Below the pieces are notes generated by a model that saw only the letters and a program-made list of their open reading frames with translations, had not been told where the DNA came from and did no database searches. DNA of 64,000 bases from Sphingobacteriales bacterium (lineage in GTDB: Bacteria; Bacteroidota; Bacteroidia; Sphingobacteriales; Sphingobacteriaceae). The DNA lies in contig JACXVB010000005.1 of assembly GCA_014763615.1 (NCBI GenBank), forward strand, positions 20,457-84,456, given 5' to 3'. Both the position numbers and the translations under genes were made by a program. Shown in pieces: positions 1 through 9,724 of this stretch. How positions within the stretch are numbered: the stretch's first letter is position 1; every line of letters starts with the position of its first letter.

Positions 1-45
1 TTGCTACAAGCACCCAGTGTACTCTCAAACGTCATTAAACCCTAA
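1..45 (+). CDS. 3' end of a gene running in from the window edge; possibly MprF/LpiA-type phosphatidylglycerol lysyltransferase
   Basis: Frame 1 reads LLQAPSVLSNVIKP-stop. It sits directly upstream of an AcvB/VirJ gene, the usual mprF/lpiA-acvB arrangement. Only 14 residues are visible. Confidence 0.4.
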   Translation: MLQAPSVLSNVIKP

Positions 46-101
46 TCTATTTTCTACTCAATAAAAGCAATCTCCGTACGTTTCTTATCATAATTGTTCA
101 G

Positions 102-1538
102 ATGAAACACCTCAAAATCCTGATGCTGACTCCCATTTTAGTTTGCTGGATGAGCATCGCTTTTGCTAATAATATAGACAGTTTAACTTATGGTGCTTTC
201 GGAAAAGTTAAAATCTATCAACCTCAAATAGCTAATCCCAAAGCATTTGTCATTTTTATTTCTGGAGACGGCGGTTGGAATCTCGGGGTGGTGGGCATGG
301 CAAAAATATTGCTTAATCAAGGGGCGATGGTGGCAGGCTTAGATATCAGGACTTATCTCAAGAATCTTAAAAGAGAAAAGGTGAAATGTTATTATCCTGC
401 CGGAGATTTTGAAAACCTAAGTATCGCTTTGCAAAAGAAATATCATAGCATTCATTATTTAAAGCCAATTCTGGCAGGTTTTTCATCCGGTGCAACTTTA
501 GCTTATGGATTATTAGCGCAAGCCCCAGCCAATACTTTTAAAGGGGCTATTGCTTTAAGTTTTTGCCCAGATTTGGATATTGATAAACCCTTGTGTAATG
601 GAGAGAGTTTACAAAGCCATGTACTGAAAGCGCATAAATCCTATTACCTAGAACCAAGTAAAAAGCTAACGGCTCCTTTTATTGTTTTGCAAGGCGAAAT
701 AGATGAGGTTTGTTCAAGTAATGATGCCAAAATTTTTTTAGACAGATTGCCTAATGCCGAAGTGATTTCATTGCCAAAAGTAGGTCATGGTTTTGGAGTG
801 CAGAAAAATTGGGTACCTCAATTTACCGAAGCATTTAATAAGTTGGTAGCAGCTCCAAGTTATATCGAGAAAATCAAAAATAGGGTTAAAAGACCTGAGA
901 ATGCACCTGTAATTGTTAATCCTTTTGCGGATGATTTACCCCTTAATATTCTTCCTGTTAATAAGGCTACTAATTTACCAATGGCCTTTATGATCTCAGG
1001 TGATGGCGGTTGGACCAGTTTCGACCAAAGCCTTGCAAAGAAATTAAATGAAAGTGGGATTCCGGTAATTGGTTTAGATGCGCAGCAATATTTTTGGGAT
1101 AAGAAATCGCCCGAAGAAACTACGGCAATGATTAGCAAGGTGGTGAAGTATTACTCAGAGAAATGGAATAAATCTTCTTTTATAATGGTAGGATATTCTT
1201 TTGGAGCTAGTATTTTGCCTTTTGTTTATAATCGATTAGCTCCGCCTTTAAAAGGCGAATTAAAGAATATTTATTGCCTGTCTCCTGATGAAACAGCAGA
1301 TTTTGAAATTCATTTATCAGATATGTTGAGTTTAGGCGGAAAAGAAGAATACAATGTGTTAGGTGAATTGAGAAGAATTAAGAACATCAAACCCGTTTGC
1401 TTTTTCGGAAGGGAAGAAGAGAATGTGAATGCATCACATTATACTGAAAATGGTGCTAAAGTGGTTTTACTTGCTGGCGGGCATCATTATGAGGATAGCT
1501 ATCCAATCATATTAAAAACTATTTTGGGTAGTTTGTAA
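102..1538 (+). CDS. AcvB/VirJ-family two-domain alpha/beta hydrolase (putative lysyl-phosphatidylglycerol hydrolase)
   Basis: Signal peptide; two hydrolase domains, each with SGDGGW, a nucleophile motif (GFSSGA, GYSFGA) and a His motif (GHGF, GGHHY). Confidence 0.85.
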   Translation: MKHLKILMLTPILVCWMSIAFANNIDSLTYGAFGKVKIYQPQIANPKAFVIFISGDGGWNLGVVGMAKILLNQGAMVAGLDIRTYLKNLKREKVKCYYPAGDFENLSIALQKKYHSIHYLKPILAGFSSGATLAYGLLAQAPANTFKGAIALSFCPDLDIDKPLCNGESLQSHVLKAHKSYYLEPSKKLTAPFIVLQGEIDEVCSSNDAKIFLDRLPNAEVISLPKVGHGFGVQKNWVPQFTEAFNKLVAAPSYIEKIKNRVKRPENAPVIVNPFADDLPLNILPVNKATNLPMAFMISGDGGWTSFDQSLAKKLNESGIPVIGLDAQQYFWDKKSPEETTAMISKVVKYYSEKWNKSSFIMVGYSFGASILPFVYNRLAPPLKGELKNIYCLSPDETADFEIHLSDMLSLGGKEEYNVLGELRRIKNIKPVCFFGREEENVNASHYTENGAKVVLLAGGHHYEDSYPIILKTILGSL

Positions 1539-1551
1539 ATCTTTAATCCTG

Positions 1552-2331
1552 ATGAAAAAAATCCTTTTAGGTTTGTTTTTCTTGCTAATCCTACATCAAA
1601 GTAGCAAAGCTTTTATGACCAAAGTAGATTCTATTTATTATGGAAGATTTGGGAAAGTGATGCTCTATTATACAGCTAAAGTTCCTCATTCGGTGGTTTT
1701 GTTTATTTCTGGAGATGGAGGATGGAATCACGGGGTGGTAAATATGGGGAAGTATATGGCTTTTCAAGGTGCTTTGGTTTTAGGTATTGATGCTAAAGTT
1801 TACAAGCAAAACCTATCTAAATGGAGGGTTTCTTGTTATAATTTAACCGATGATTTTCTAGGGCTATCCAACTTTATTCAGGAGAAATACCATTTTGTAG
1901 TACATGTTAAACCCATTATGATGGGTTATTCTTATGGAGCTACTTTGGCTTATGGTATTGTCGCTCAAGCTCCAAAACATACTTTTTTAGGAACCATTGT
2001 TTTGGGCTTTTGCCCAGATATAGAGTTAGATAAGCCTTTATGTGAAGGCATGGGCATTCATCAACATGTTTTGCAACCCGGAGTTTCTTTTGATTTAGAT
2101 CGTTTTAATGGCTTTGCCGATTTATTTATTGTGATTAACGGTATTAAAGATGAAACTTGCCCCATTGAAGCGACCCAAACCTTTTTAAAAGGATTAAAAA
2201 ATGTGGATTTGATGGTGTTAAAAAAGGTAGGACATGGTTTTTCTATTGCAGACAATTGGTTGCCTCATTTCAAATTTGCTTATCAACAAATCGCAAATAT
2301 TACAGAAGCCTCTTTACTAAAGCCAAAATAA
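1552..2331 (+). CDS. AcvB/VirJ-like single-domain hydrolase (paralog of the N-terminal domain of 102-1538)
   Basis: Signal peptide; shares YGxFGKVxxY, FISGDGGWN, GYSYGA, FCPD and VGHGF with the N-half of the upstream gene. Confidence 0.8.
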   Translation: MKKILLGLFFLLILHQSSKAFMTKVDSIYYGRFGKVMLYYTAKVPHSVVLFISGDGGWNHGVVNMGKYMAFQGALVLGIDAKVYKQNLSKWRVSCYNLTDDFLGLSNFIQEKYHFVVHVKPIMMGYSYGATLAYGIVAQAPKHTFLGTIVLGFCPDIELDKPLCEGMGIHQHVLQPGVSFDLDRFNGFADLFIVINGIKDETCPIEATQTFLKGLKNVDLMVLKKVGHGFSIADNWLPHFKFAYQQIANITEASLLKPK

Positions 2332-2335
2332 TTAA

Positions 2336-3811
2336 CTATAAAGCACTGCTTAAACTATGTTTTATAGCATAAAAATTAAGAACGCTAAAACCGATGAATA
2401 GCATCAAATGGAATGGGAATAATCCGAAATCATGGTAATAGAAGGCCATCACTAATCCGGATAGGAAATAAAAGCTCAAAAACAGTTCGATATAAAAAGC
2501 TTTTGAAAGATTTCGCTTCACATAAATATTCTCTTTAAAACTGTCTTTTATCTGGGTAATGTTGAATTTGGGCGTTCTGATGAAATCAGATTTAAAGCCA
2601 AATAATCCTTCTAAAACAGCAATAGAATTATGAAAGCTCAAAGCCATAGAAACCGATAAAAACATCGGGAAGAGTTTGGCAAAAGCTACTAAACTTTCTT
2701 TCTTGCTGAAATTAGCCACGAGGTAAAATACGCTCATGATGAAAAACCCGATCAAAAATACAGACATTAGCTGAAAATAAATGGGGTTGATGATATGCTC
2801 ATTTTTAATCCATAATACTGGAATACTCAATAATCCTGTTAAGAAAACAAATAGAAACACGTAGGAATTCATCAAATGTAAGGTCCCGAAAATCTTCTTT
2901 TTTAAACCTACATCTGTTTTCCAAATGTGTTTCAAGAGTTTCTTAGAGGTTTCTACCGCTCCTTTGGTCCAACGGTGTTGCTGAGAGCGCAAAGCATTAG
3001 ATTCAACCGGTAGTTCGGCAGGTGTAACTACATCTTCTACATATTCAAACTGCCAGCCTTTTAGTTGCGCTCGGTAGCTTAAATCCAAATCTTCGGTTAA
3101 GGTATCAAACTGCCAACCGCCTGCTTCTTCAATACATTCTTTTCGCCAAATGCCCGCCGTACCATTAAAATTCATGAATAAGCCAGCTTTATTTCTTCCG
3201 CTTTGTTCAATGGTAAAATGCCCATCCAAACCAAAACCTTGCACTTTAGTGAGCAAAGAATAATCTTTGTTGATATGCCCCCACCTGCTTTGCACCATGC
3301 CTATATTCTTGTTTTGGAAATAAGGAATAAGTTGTTGTAGAAAGTCTTTTTCCGGTAGGAAATCGGCATCAAAAATGGCGATAAATTTACCTTTGGCGAT
3401 GTTTAAACCATTTTGTAAAGCTCCGGCTTTAAAGCCGATATTTTTTGTTCTGGTGAGGTGATGAATATCAAATCCCTCGACTTTCTTTCTGGCAATAATT
3501 GCCGCTGTTAGCGCTAAAGAATTATCATTTGAATCATCTAAAACCTGAATTTCTAATTTTTCTTTAGGATAATCTAAAGCACAAATGCTGTTAATCAGCC
3601 TTTCTACCACATAAAGTTCGTTGTATAAAGGCAGCTGAACGGTAACTTTCGGAATGTCTTTCCCCAAAAGCGGAATGATATCTTTTCTTCTTTTAGAGCG
3701 GAGGTAAAAAAAGATCAAATAGGCTTGCCCCAAGCTAAAAAGTAAGATTACACTTAGCGAGATGGTATAGAGTACAAGAACTATGGTTTGCCAAATCATA
3801 TCAGGGTGCAA
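2336..3811 (-). CDS. Membrane GT2 glycosyltransferase, cellulose-synthase/CslA-like (start possibly ATG at 3799)
   Basis: TVQLPLYNE, FDADF, TEDLD and QQHRW (D,D,D,QxxRW signature); one N-terminal and several C-terminal TM helices. Confidence 0.9.
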   Translation of the reverse strand: MHPDMIWQTIVLVLYTISLSVILLFSLGQAYLIFFYLRSKRRKDIIPLLGKDIPKVTVQLPLYNELYVVERLINSICALDYPKEKLEIQVLDDSNDNSLALTAAIIARKKVEGFDIHHLTRTKNIGFKAGALQNGLNIAKGKFIAIFDADFLPEKDFLQQLIPYFQNKNIGMVQSRWGHINKDYSLLTKVQGFGLDGHFTIEQSGRNKAGLFMNFNGTAGIWRKECIEEAGGWQFDTLTEDLDLSYRAQLKGWQFEYVEDVVTPAELPVESNALRSQQHRWTKGAVETSKKLLKHIWKTDVGLKKKIFGTLHLMNSYVFLFVFLTGLLSIPVLWIKNEHIINPIYFQLMSVFLIGFFIMSVFYLVANFSKKESLVAFAKLFPMFLSVSMALSFHNSIAVLEGLFGFKSDFIRTPKFNITQIKDSFKENIYVKRNLSKAFYIELFLSFYFLSGLVMAFYYHDFGLFPFHLMLFIGFSVLNFYAIKHSLSSAL

Positions 3812-3813
3812 AA

Positions 3814-4518
3814 TTATAAGTTTTTAAAGATCATACCTATTATTTTATAGCCGGCTAAAATCACGCCTTTTACAGTTCCAGATACTTTGCTTAGGCCGAT
3901 TCTTTTTCTGTAATTCACCGGAACTTCAGTACATCTCATTTTCAGTTTAACTGCTTTTATTTGCATTTCTACGGTCCAGCCGTAGGTTTTGTCTTGCATA
4001 TTGATTTTCTGCAAGTCCCCCCAACTGATGGCTCTAAACGGACCTAAATCAGAGAAGGTAACACCATAAAACAAACTAATCAGACGTGTTGCCAGCCAAT
4101 TCCCAAATTCTTGAGGTAAAGTCATGGCTCCTTTTTCTTTCAAACCTAAAGCTCTAGAACCAATCACTAAATCTGCGATATTGTTCTGTATCGGTGCAAT
4201 TATTTTTGTTATTTCTTCAGGATAATCAGAATAATCACCATCCATAAAAACGATAATATCTTCTGCATTGGCTTTAGTGCTTACATATTCTAAACCTTTC
4301 AAACAAGCATTTCCATAACCAGCCTCAGGTGCATCTACCACTGTTGCTCCGGCATCTCTTGCATTTTTAGCAGTTTGATCTTTGGAGTTATTATTACCTA
4401 CGATAATTTCATTGACAAGATTTTTTGGAATATCATTAATGACTTTAGCAATAGATTTTTCTTCGTTATATGCGGGAATAATTACGTAAACTTTTCCTTT
4501 CGGGATATGGTCTGTCAT
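3814..4518 (-). CDS. GT2 glycosyltransferase, polyprenol-phosphate sugar synthase (DPM-like)
   Basis: VIIPAYNEE, MDGDYSD, DLGPFRAI and YGWTVEMQ; 234 aa. Confidence 0.85.
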   Translation of the reverse strand: MTDHIPKGKVYVIIPAYNEEKSIAKVINDIPKNLVNEIIVGNNNSKDQTAKNARDAGATVVDAPEAGYGNACLKGLEYVSTKANAEDIIVFMDGDYSDYPEEITKIIAPIQNNIADLVIGSRALGLKEKGAMTLPQEFGNWLATRLISLFYGVTFSDLGPFRAISWGDLQKINMQDKTYGWTVEMQIKAVKLKMRCTEVPVNYRKRIGLSKVSGTVKGVILAGYKIIGMIFKNL

Positions 4519-6060
4519 TTAATATTCTTGTTCTTCTGGTCTTAAATAAGCATCAAATCTACCTTCTTCTGCCAAATTTTCTAATTTTAAAACGCCACGT
4601 GGACAAACGGCAGCACACACGCCACAACCTACGCAAGAGGCTCTAATGATATTTTCTCCTTTTTGTGCATAAGCTCTCACATCTATTCCCATTTCACAAT
4701 AGGTGGAACAATTTCCGCAAGAAATACACTGGCCGCCATTTGTAGTAATTCTAAATCTTGATTTAAACCTTTGTACAATTCCTAAATAAGCCGCTAAAGG
4801 ACAACCAAATCTGCACCAAACTCTACTTCCCATGACTGGGTAAAAGCCAGTCCCGATGGCTCCAGCAAATATAAATCCGATTAAAAAGCCATAAGTTTCT
4901 CTCAATTTATAAGTATCTATAAAGCCTAAAAGTTGAGCAGCTCCAGTAAAAAAAGTATATAAAACGCCAGCAGTCATCACAATAGCAAATACCAAAATGC
5001 TGTGCACTATTACTCTTTCATATTTCCAGGCTTTGATAGATTTATCTGAAAGTTGACGAAACGGATCACCTAAAGTTTCTGCTAAACCTCCACAACCGCA
5101 AACCCAACTGCAATACCACCTTTTTCCAAAAAAATAAACCATTACAGGAACACCAACTACAAAAAGGAAGATTCCCCAGCCCAGCATCCAATAGCCCAAC
5201 ATTCCACTTGAAATCAGGTTATTGATGCGATAATCAAAAAAGAAACTATAATCTAATGGCCACATGTTTTTAAAATCCATGGAAGGCAATTGTAGTTTGG
5301 ATAGGATATTTGGAATGAGGAAAGCAAATGCAATTTGGAAAAACAAAACTGAGGTAGTTCTCACCAATTGATAATTGTTGTGGCGATATTTGATGTACAT
5401 TCTCACGCTCATCACCGTCATGACCAAACAATACAAGAAGCCATACATAAACCATTGCGATGCTTCGGAACCGCTTAATGTTTGACTCAAAGGATCCATT
5501 AGAATCACCCAATTGGCAATGTAAGCAGGAGCTTCATAAATGAAAATGTAGAATACAATGAGAGAAATAGAAAAGATGATGGCTACAATTCCTCTATTGG
5601 TGATCCCAGTTTTGAAAATACCATTGTTTTTAATGCCCGGAACAGGGTCTAAAAATAGTGCTGGAATCATGAACATCAATCCACCTAAAGCACTAAGAAT
5701 AAAGCAAATGAAAAACAAAAGGGTAGCATGATCTTTCACAAAACCTTCTAAACTATGTTTTACAATGGCTAATGAATAATCGGTATTGATCACCTTATCC
5801 CATTCTTGTTTTGCTTTAAACTTATTATTGACACTGTTTAAAGCCTGTTTATAATCTTGAATAAAGGCAGTTTTACTACTATAATCTTTGTTAAACATTA
5901 CACTCAAAGCAGGTCTTAGTTCGGCCTGATGAGTAGCATCTGTAATGGTGGTTTGAAATATTTGCTCGGTGAGTTTGTAACGACCAACACCCAATAAAGA
6001 GATGAACACTCCTAAACAAAAAAGAAAGATGGCTAAACCGAGTTTTCTGATGATTTTCAT
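4519..6060 (-). CDS. Polytopic membrane 4Fe-4S protein (NapH/RdxA/CcoG-like ferredoxin-type)
   Basis: Multiple TM helices; CSWVCGCG and CRFGCP motifs; two ferredoxin motifs CISCGNCSTYC and CVGCGVCAAVCP. Confidence 0.85.
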   Translation of the reverse strand: MKIIRKLGLAIFLFCLGVFISLLGVGRYKLTEQIFQTTITDATHQAELRPALSVMFNKDYSSKTAFIQDYKQALNSVNNKFKAKQEWDKVINTDYSLAIVKHSLEGFVKDHATLLFFICFILSALGGLMFMIPALFLDPVPGIKNNGIFKTGITNRGIVAIIFSISLIVFYIFIYEAPAYIANWVILMDPLSQTLSGSEASQWFMYGFLYCLVMTVMSVRMYIKYRHNNYQLVRTTSVLFFQIAFAFLIPNILSKLQLPSMDFKNMWPLDYSFFFDYRINNLISSGMLGYWMLGWGIFLFVVGVPVMVYFFGKRWYCSWVCGCGGLAETLGDPFRQLSDKSIKAWKYERVIVHSILVFAIVMTAGVLYTFFTGAAQLLGFIDTYKLRETYGFLIGFIFAGAIGTGFYPVMGSRVWCRFGCPLAAYLGIVQRFKSRFRITTNGGQCISCGNCSTYCEMGIDVRAYAQKGENIIRASCVGCGVCAAVCPRGVLKLENLAEEGRFDAYLRPEEQEY

Positions 6061-6076
6061 GCTGTTTAATTAGGAT

Positions 6077-7399
6077 TTACCAAATCAAGAATTTTTTCTT
6101 TTTAGGCACTTTTGATGAATGTTGTGGAAATGCTTTGTTAAAGCTTTCTGCAATTTCATGATGATAATTTTTATAAAATTCCGGATCAAAAAAACCTTGA
6201 TCTAACTCAGAAATGCAGGTTGCTATCGGTTTTGAATTTCTGATCCATTGCTCTGCTACCACTTGTCTAAATCGGATACCAAAGAAATTAAATCCTCTGA
6301 TAACTCCTTCAGATTTGGTGAAATTAGCTCTAAAAGCGATTTTTCCGTTGGAGTGTTCCCAATAAAAAGTATCCTCATCATCTAGAGGATTATTAAACAT
6401 CAAACCATAGGTTTGATATTCAATATCTAAAAACTTCGCCGAGTTAAACCAAATGCCTCTATTATAAACGGTAGGCTTTCCGCAAATGGTTCTAGCCAAA
6501 GCTTTTCCTTGCATTTGCCCGGTGTACCATAATTGTTCTACCGGTGGATGATTTTTTTTAGGCTGAATAAATTGCGCACAATCTCCTAAAGCATAAACAT
6601 CTGGAAGATTAGTTTCTAAAAATTCATTGACTAAAACGCCTCTATCAGTATTTAAATCTGTGTTTTTAAGAAAATCTATATTTGGAGATACACCAGTGGT
6701 TAAGCCTACAAATTGACATGGGATTTCTCTACCGTCTTTAGTGATGATGCTTTTAACTTTCCCGTTTTCATCCGGAAGAATTTCTTTTAATTCAGTCTCG
6801 GTTAACAAATGGATATGATGTTCGGCGATATGCCTACCCACTAATTGCGCTTCTTCTGGAGGTAAAATATTATTCCAATAAGATTTTTCCCTGATTAAAA
6901 AATTCACCTTTATGTCTCTGCTGCAAAGCATTTCGGCCATTTCAATTCCAATTAAGCCACCGCCCACAATTACTGCCTCAGCTATGCCCGCAGTATTTTC
7001 TTCCATCAATTCTACATCTTGCTTGCTGTATAAACCTTGCACACCTTTTAAATCCTGACCAGGCCATCCAAATTTATTTGACTTAGAGCCAGTGGCTATC
7101 ACCAATTTATCGTAGGAGATTTCCTCTTGAGTTGAGCTGATTAACTTTTTATTGTTAAAATCAATAGAAGTGATGTGAGCTTGTTTTAGTTGGATGCGGT
7201 TTTTCGCCCAAAAATGATCTTCATAAGGTTTGGTATGTTCATACTTCATGTGCCCCATGAAGATGTACATGAGGGCCGTTCTAGAGAAAAAATGTTCTGA
7301 TTCAGAGGAGATCATCAAAATTTCATGATCACTCAATTTTCTGATATATCTTGCGGTAGTTACTCCAGAAATACCATTTCCAATGATTACAATCTTCAT
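6077..7399 (-). CDS. NAD(P)/FAD-dependent oxidoreductase (pyridine nucleotide-disulphide/ferredoxin reductase-like)
   Basis: IIGNGISG FAD motif, IATGS, VGGGLIG NAD motif, ALGDCA. Confidence 0.88.
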   Translation of the reverse strand: MKIVIIGNGISGVTTARYIRKLSDHEILMISSESEHFFSRTALMYIFMGHMKYEHTKPYEDHFWAKNRIQLKQAHITSIDFNNKKLISSTQEEISYDKLVIATGSKSNKFGWPGQDLKGVQGLYSKQDVELMEENTAGIAEAVIVGGGLIGIEMAEMLCSRDIKVNFLIREKSYWNNILPPEEAQLVGRHIAEHHIHLLTETELKEILPDENGKVKSIITKDGREIPCQFVGLTTGVSPNIDFLKNTDLNTDRGVLVNEFLETNLPDVYALGDCAQFIQPKKNHPPVEQLWYTGQMQGKALARTICGKPTVYNRGIWFNSAKFLDIEYQTYGLMFNNPLDDEDTFYWEHSNGKIAFRANFTKSEGVIRGFNFFGIRFRQVVAEQWIRNSKPIATCISELDQGFFDPEFYKNYHHEIAESFNKAFPQHSSKVPKKKKFLIW

Positions 7400-7451
7400 T
7401 TAAGCTTTGATTTTTTTGAAATTAGTTGGATAAAAATAAATGAGCTTACAA

Positions 7452-8231
7452 TTATTTCCCATTTAAATTCCAATTGTACTCAAGATAATCAATTTTTGTA
7501 TGGCTATTGATTTTTGTATCGCTGTATTTATTGATAAAATTCAACACAGTACCTTCTGCTTTTTCAAAATCACGCTTATACCAATTGAAAAGCATGGAAA
7601 TAGAAGCATGATTGGTTGAAATCTTATTCTGAGCTTCATTGGCCAATGCGGCTTTGGTATTTTTGGTCAACATGGATTGAACGTTTTCTGCAGTAAATGC
7701 AGTATTAGATAATCTTGGGCAAGAGATTGCAGCACAATTCACTGCAAAATGAATTCTAGCATCAAACAAATCTCCACCTAACAATACTTTTTTTTCCATC
7801 TCATTTAAAGTCAAAGTTTTTCCGTTGAAAGAATAGGGAAGGGGTTGGTCCCAAACTTTACCTCCAGCAATATGCAAAATAGATTTTACAGGATAATTGC
7901 GGAGGATTTGATCAATAGTTAGGGCATTGTAGGCGTTAATCCAAAATGCCAACTGTTCATTCTTAGTAAGTTTTGCAGTGTTGACTTTAGTTAGAGACGT
8001 TAGATAAGCTTCTAATTTGGATTTGGATTTTATAAATGCGGCATAATTCACCATGCCTTTGTCAGAAACATAACTCTTAAGTAATTGATTATAAGTAGAA
8101 TGATCTACTGAAACAAGATTTTCTGTTTGTTGATTAAAACTTTGTTTATCCTTAGGATTTGAATGAGCACTGCAACTCACCGAAATGCCAAGGAAGAATG
8201 CAGCAACCCAAAATATATCTAACTTTTTCAT
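7452..8231 (-). CDS. DUF547 domain protein, possibly a lipoprotein
   Basis: LAFWINAYNA, DARIHFAVNCAAISCP, FNWYKRDF and YNWNLN are typical of DUF547; N-terminal signal with SVSC. Confidence 0.85.
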   Translation of the reverse strand: MKKLDIFWVAAFFLGISVSCSAHSNPKDKQSFNQQTENLVSVDHSTYNQLLKSYVSDKGMVNYAAFIKSKSKLEAYLTSLTKVNTAKLTKNEQLAFWINAYNALTIDQILRNYPVKSILHIAGGKVWDQPLPYSFNGKTLTLNEMEKKVLLGGDLFDARIHFAVNCAAISCPRLSNTAFTAENVQSMLTKNTKAALANEAQNKISTNHASISMLFNWYKRDFEKAEGTVLNFINKYSDTKINSHTKIDYLEYNWNLNGK

Positions 8232-8335
8232 GATTTTTAACTTTTAGTTTCAACTACGTTTCAAACGTACTTTAAGTTTTATGAATTCTTATTTTGATGA
8301 GTAGTCGATAGAAAAGTTAATCCTTACAAAAGTAA

Positions 8336-8370
8336 AAAACAAAAATCCCCGCTTCTCTGGTGAGGCGGGG
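8336..8370 (-). terminator. Intrinsic terminator after murA
   Basis: Stem ccccgcttc/gaggcgggg followed by a T-run on the minus strand. Confidence 0.65.
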
Positions 8371-8375
8371 AGAAG

Positions 8376-9680
8376 TTAAATTCTTCTGATATCTGCCCCG
8401 AGGGCTTTTAACCGAGTATCTATATCTTGATAACCTCTTTCTATTTGTTCAATATTATAAATGGTACTTCGTCCTGTGGCGGATAAGGCTGCAATTAACA
8501 AAGAAACTCCTGCTCTAATATCTGGTGAAGTCATTTCGATTCCTTTTAATGGATATTTCTTATCTAACCCAATTACAGTTGCTCGGTGTGGGTCGCAAAG
8601 GATAATTTGAGCACCCATATCAATCAATTTATCCACAAAGAATAAACGACTTTCAAACATTTTTTGATGAATTAAAACAGATCCTTTGGCTTGTGTTGCC
8701 ACTACCAATACGATAGAAAGTAAATCAGGAGTAAAACCCGGCCATGGAGCATCTGCCACTGTTAAAATGGAACCATCAATAAAAGTATCTATTTCATAAT
8801 GTTTTTGAGATGGAATGTAAATATCATCTCCACGTAATTCAAATTGAATGCCTAATCTTCTAAAAACATCAGGGATAATCCCCAACTCATTATAGCAAAC
8901 ATTTTTAATGGTGATTTCAGATGCCGTCATCGCCGCAAGGCCAATAAAAGAACCAATTTCAATCATATCAGGGAGTAAGCGGTGCTCTGTTCCGCCCAAT
9001 TCATCAACGCCTTCAATGGTTAATAAATTAGATCCAATTCCAGAGATTTTAGCACCCATTCTGTTCAGCATTTTGCAAAGCTGCTGCAAATAGGGTTCAC
9101 ATGCTGCGTTGTAAATGGTGGTGGTACCTTTTGCTAAAACGGCTGCCATTACAATGTTGGCCGTTCCGGTTACAGAAGCTTCATCTAATAAAATGAAAGT
9201 TCCTTTGAGCTGAGTAGCATCTATATTGAAAAATCCAGTTTCAGGATTGTAAATAAACTTTGCGCCCAGTTTTTCAAAACCTAAAAAGTGGGTATCTAAA
9301 CGTCTTCTTCCAATTTTATCACCACCAGGTTTTGGGATGGCAGCTTTCCCGAAACGAGCTAAAAGTGGTCCAACAATCATGATAGAACCTCTTAAACTTC
9401 CACCTTTCGCTTTAAAGGTTTGAGAATGAAAGAAATCAAGATTGATATTAGCCGCTTTAAATTCGTAAGTATCTTTGGATAAGCGATTAACTTCCACACC
9501 TAAATCACCTAACAACTCGATGAGTTTGTTCACATCTTTGATATCAGGAATGTTGCTGATGGTGATTTTCTCTTTGGTAAGTAATACTGCCGCTAAAATT
9601 TGTAAAGCCTCGTTTTTTGCACCCTGAGGGATAATTTCACCCTTCAAGGGTTTTCCTCCGCGAATCTCAAATGCGTTCAT
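8376..9680 (-). CDS. murA: UDP-N-acetylglucosamine 1-carboxyvinyltransferase
   Basis: GAKNEAL, LRGSIMIVGPLL, PGGDKIGRR, SVTGTANI, PDIRAG, ERGY. Confidence 0.97.
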   Translation of the reverse strand: MNAFEIRGGKPLKGEIIPQGAKNEALQILAAVLLTKEKITISNIPDIKDVNKLIELLGDLGVEVNRLSKDTYEFKAANINLDFFHSQTFKAKGGSLRGSIMIVGPLLARFGKAAIPKPGGDKIGRRRLDTHFLGFEKLGAKFIYNPETGFFNIDATQLKGTFILLDEASVTGTANIVMAAVLAKGTTTIYNAACEPYLQQLCKMLNRMGAKISGIGSNLLTIEGVDELGGTEHRLLPDMIEIGSFIGLAAMTASEITIKNVCYNELGIIPDVFRRLGIQFELRGDDIYIPSQKHYEIDTFIDGSILTVADAPWPGFTPDLLSIVLVVATQAKGSVLIHQKMFESRLFFVDKLIDMGAQIILCDPHRATVIGLDKKYPLKGIEMTSPDIRAGVSLLIAALSATGRSTIYNIEQIERGYQDIDTRLKALGADIRRI

Positions 9681-9724
9681 TTAATCTATAATTGGATTTA
9701 AGGTGGTTTAAAATAGATTTTTAC

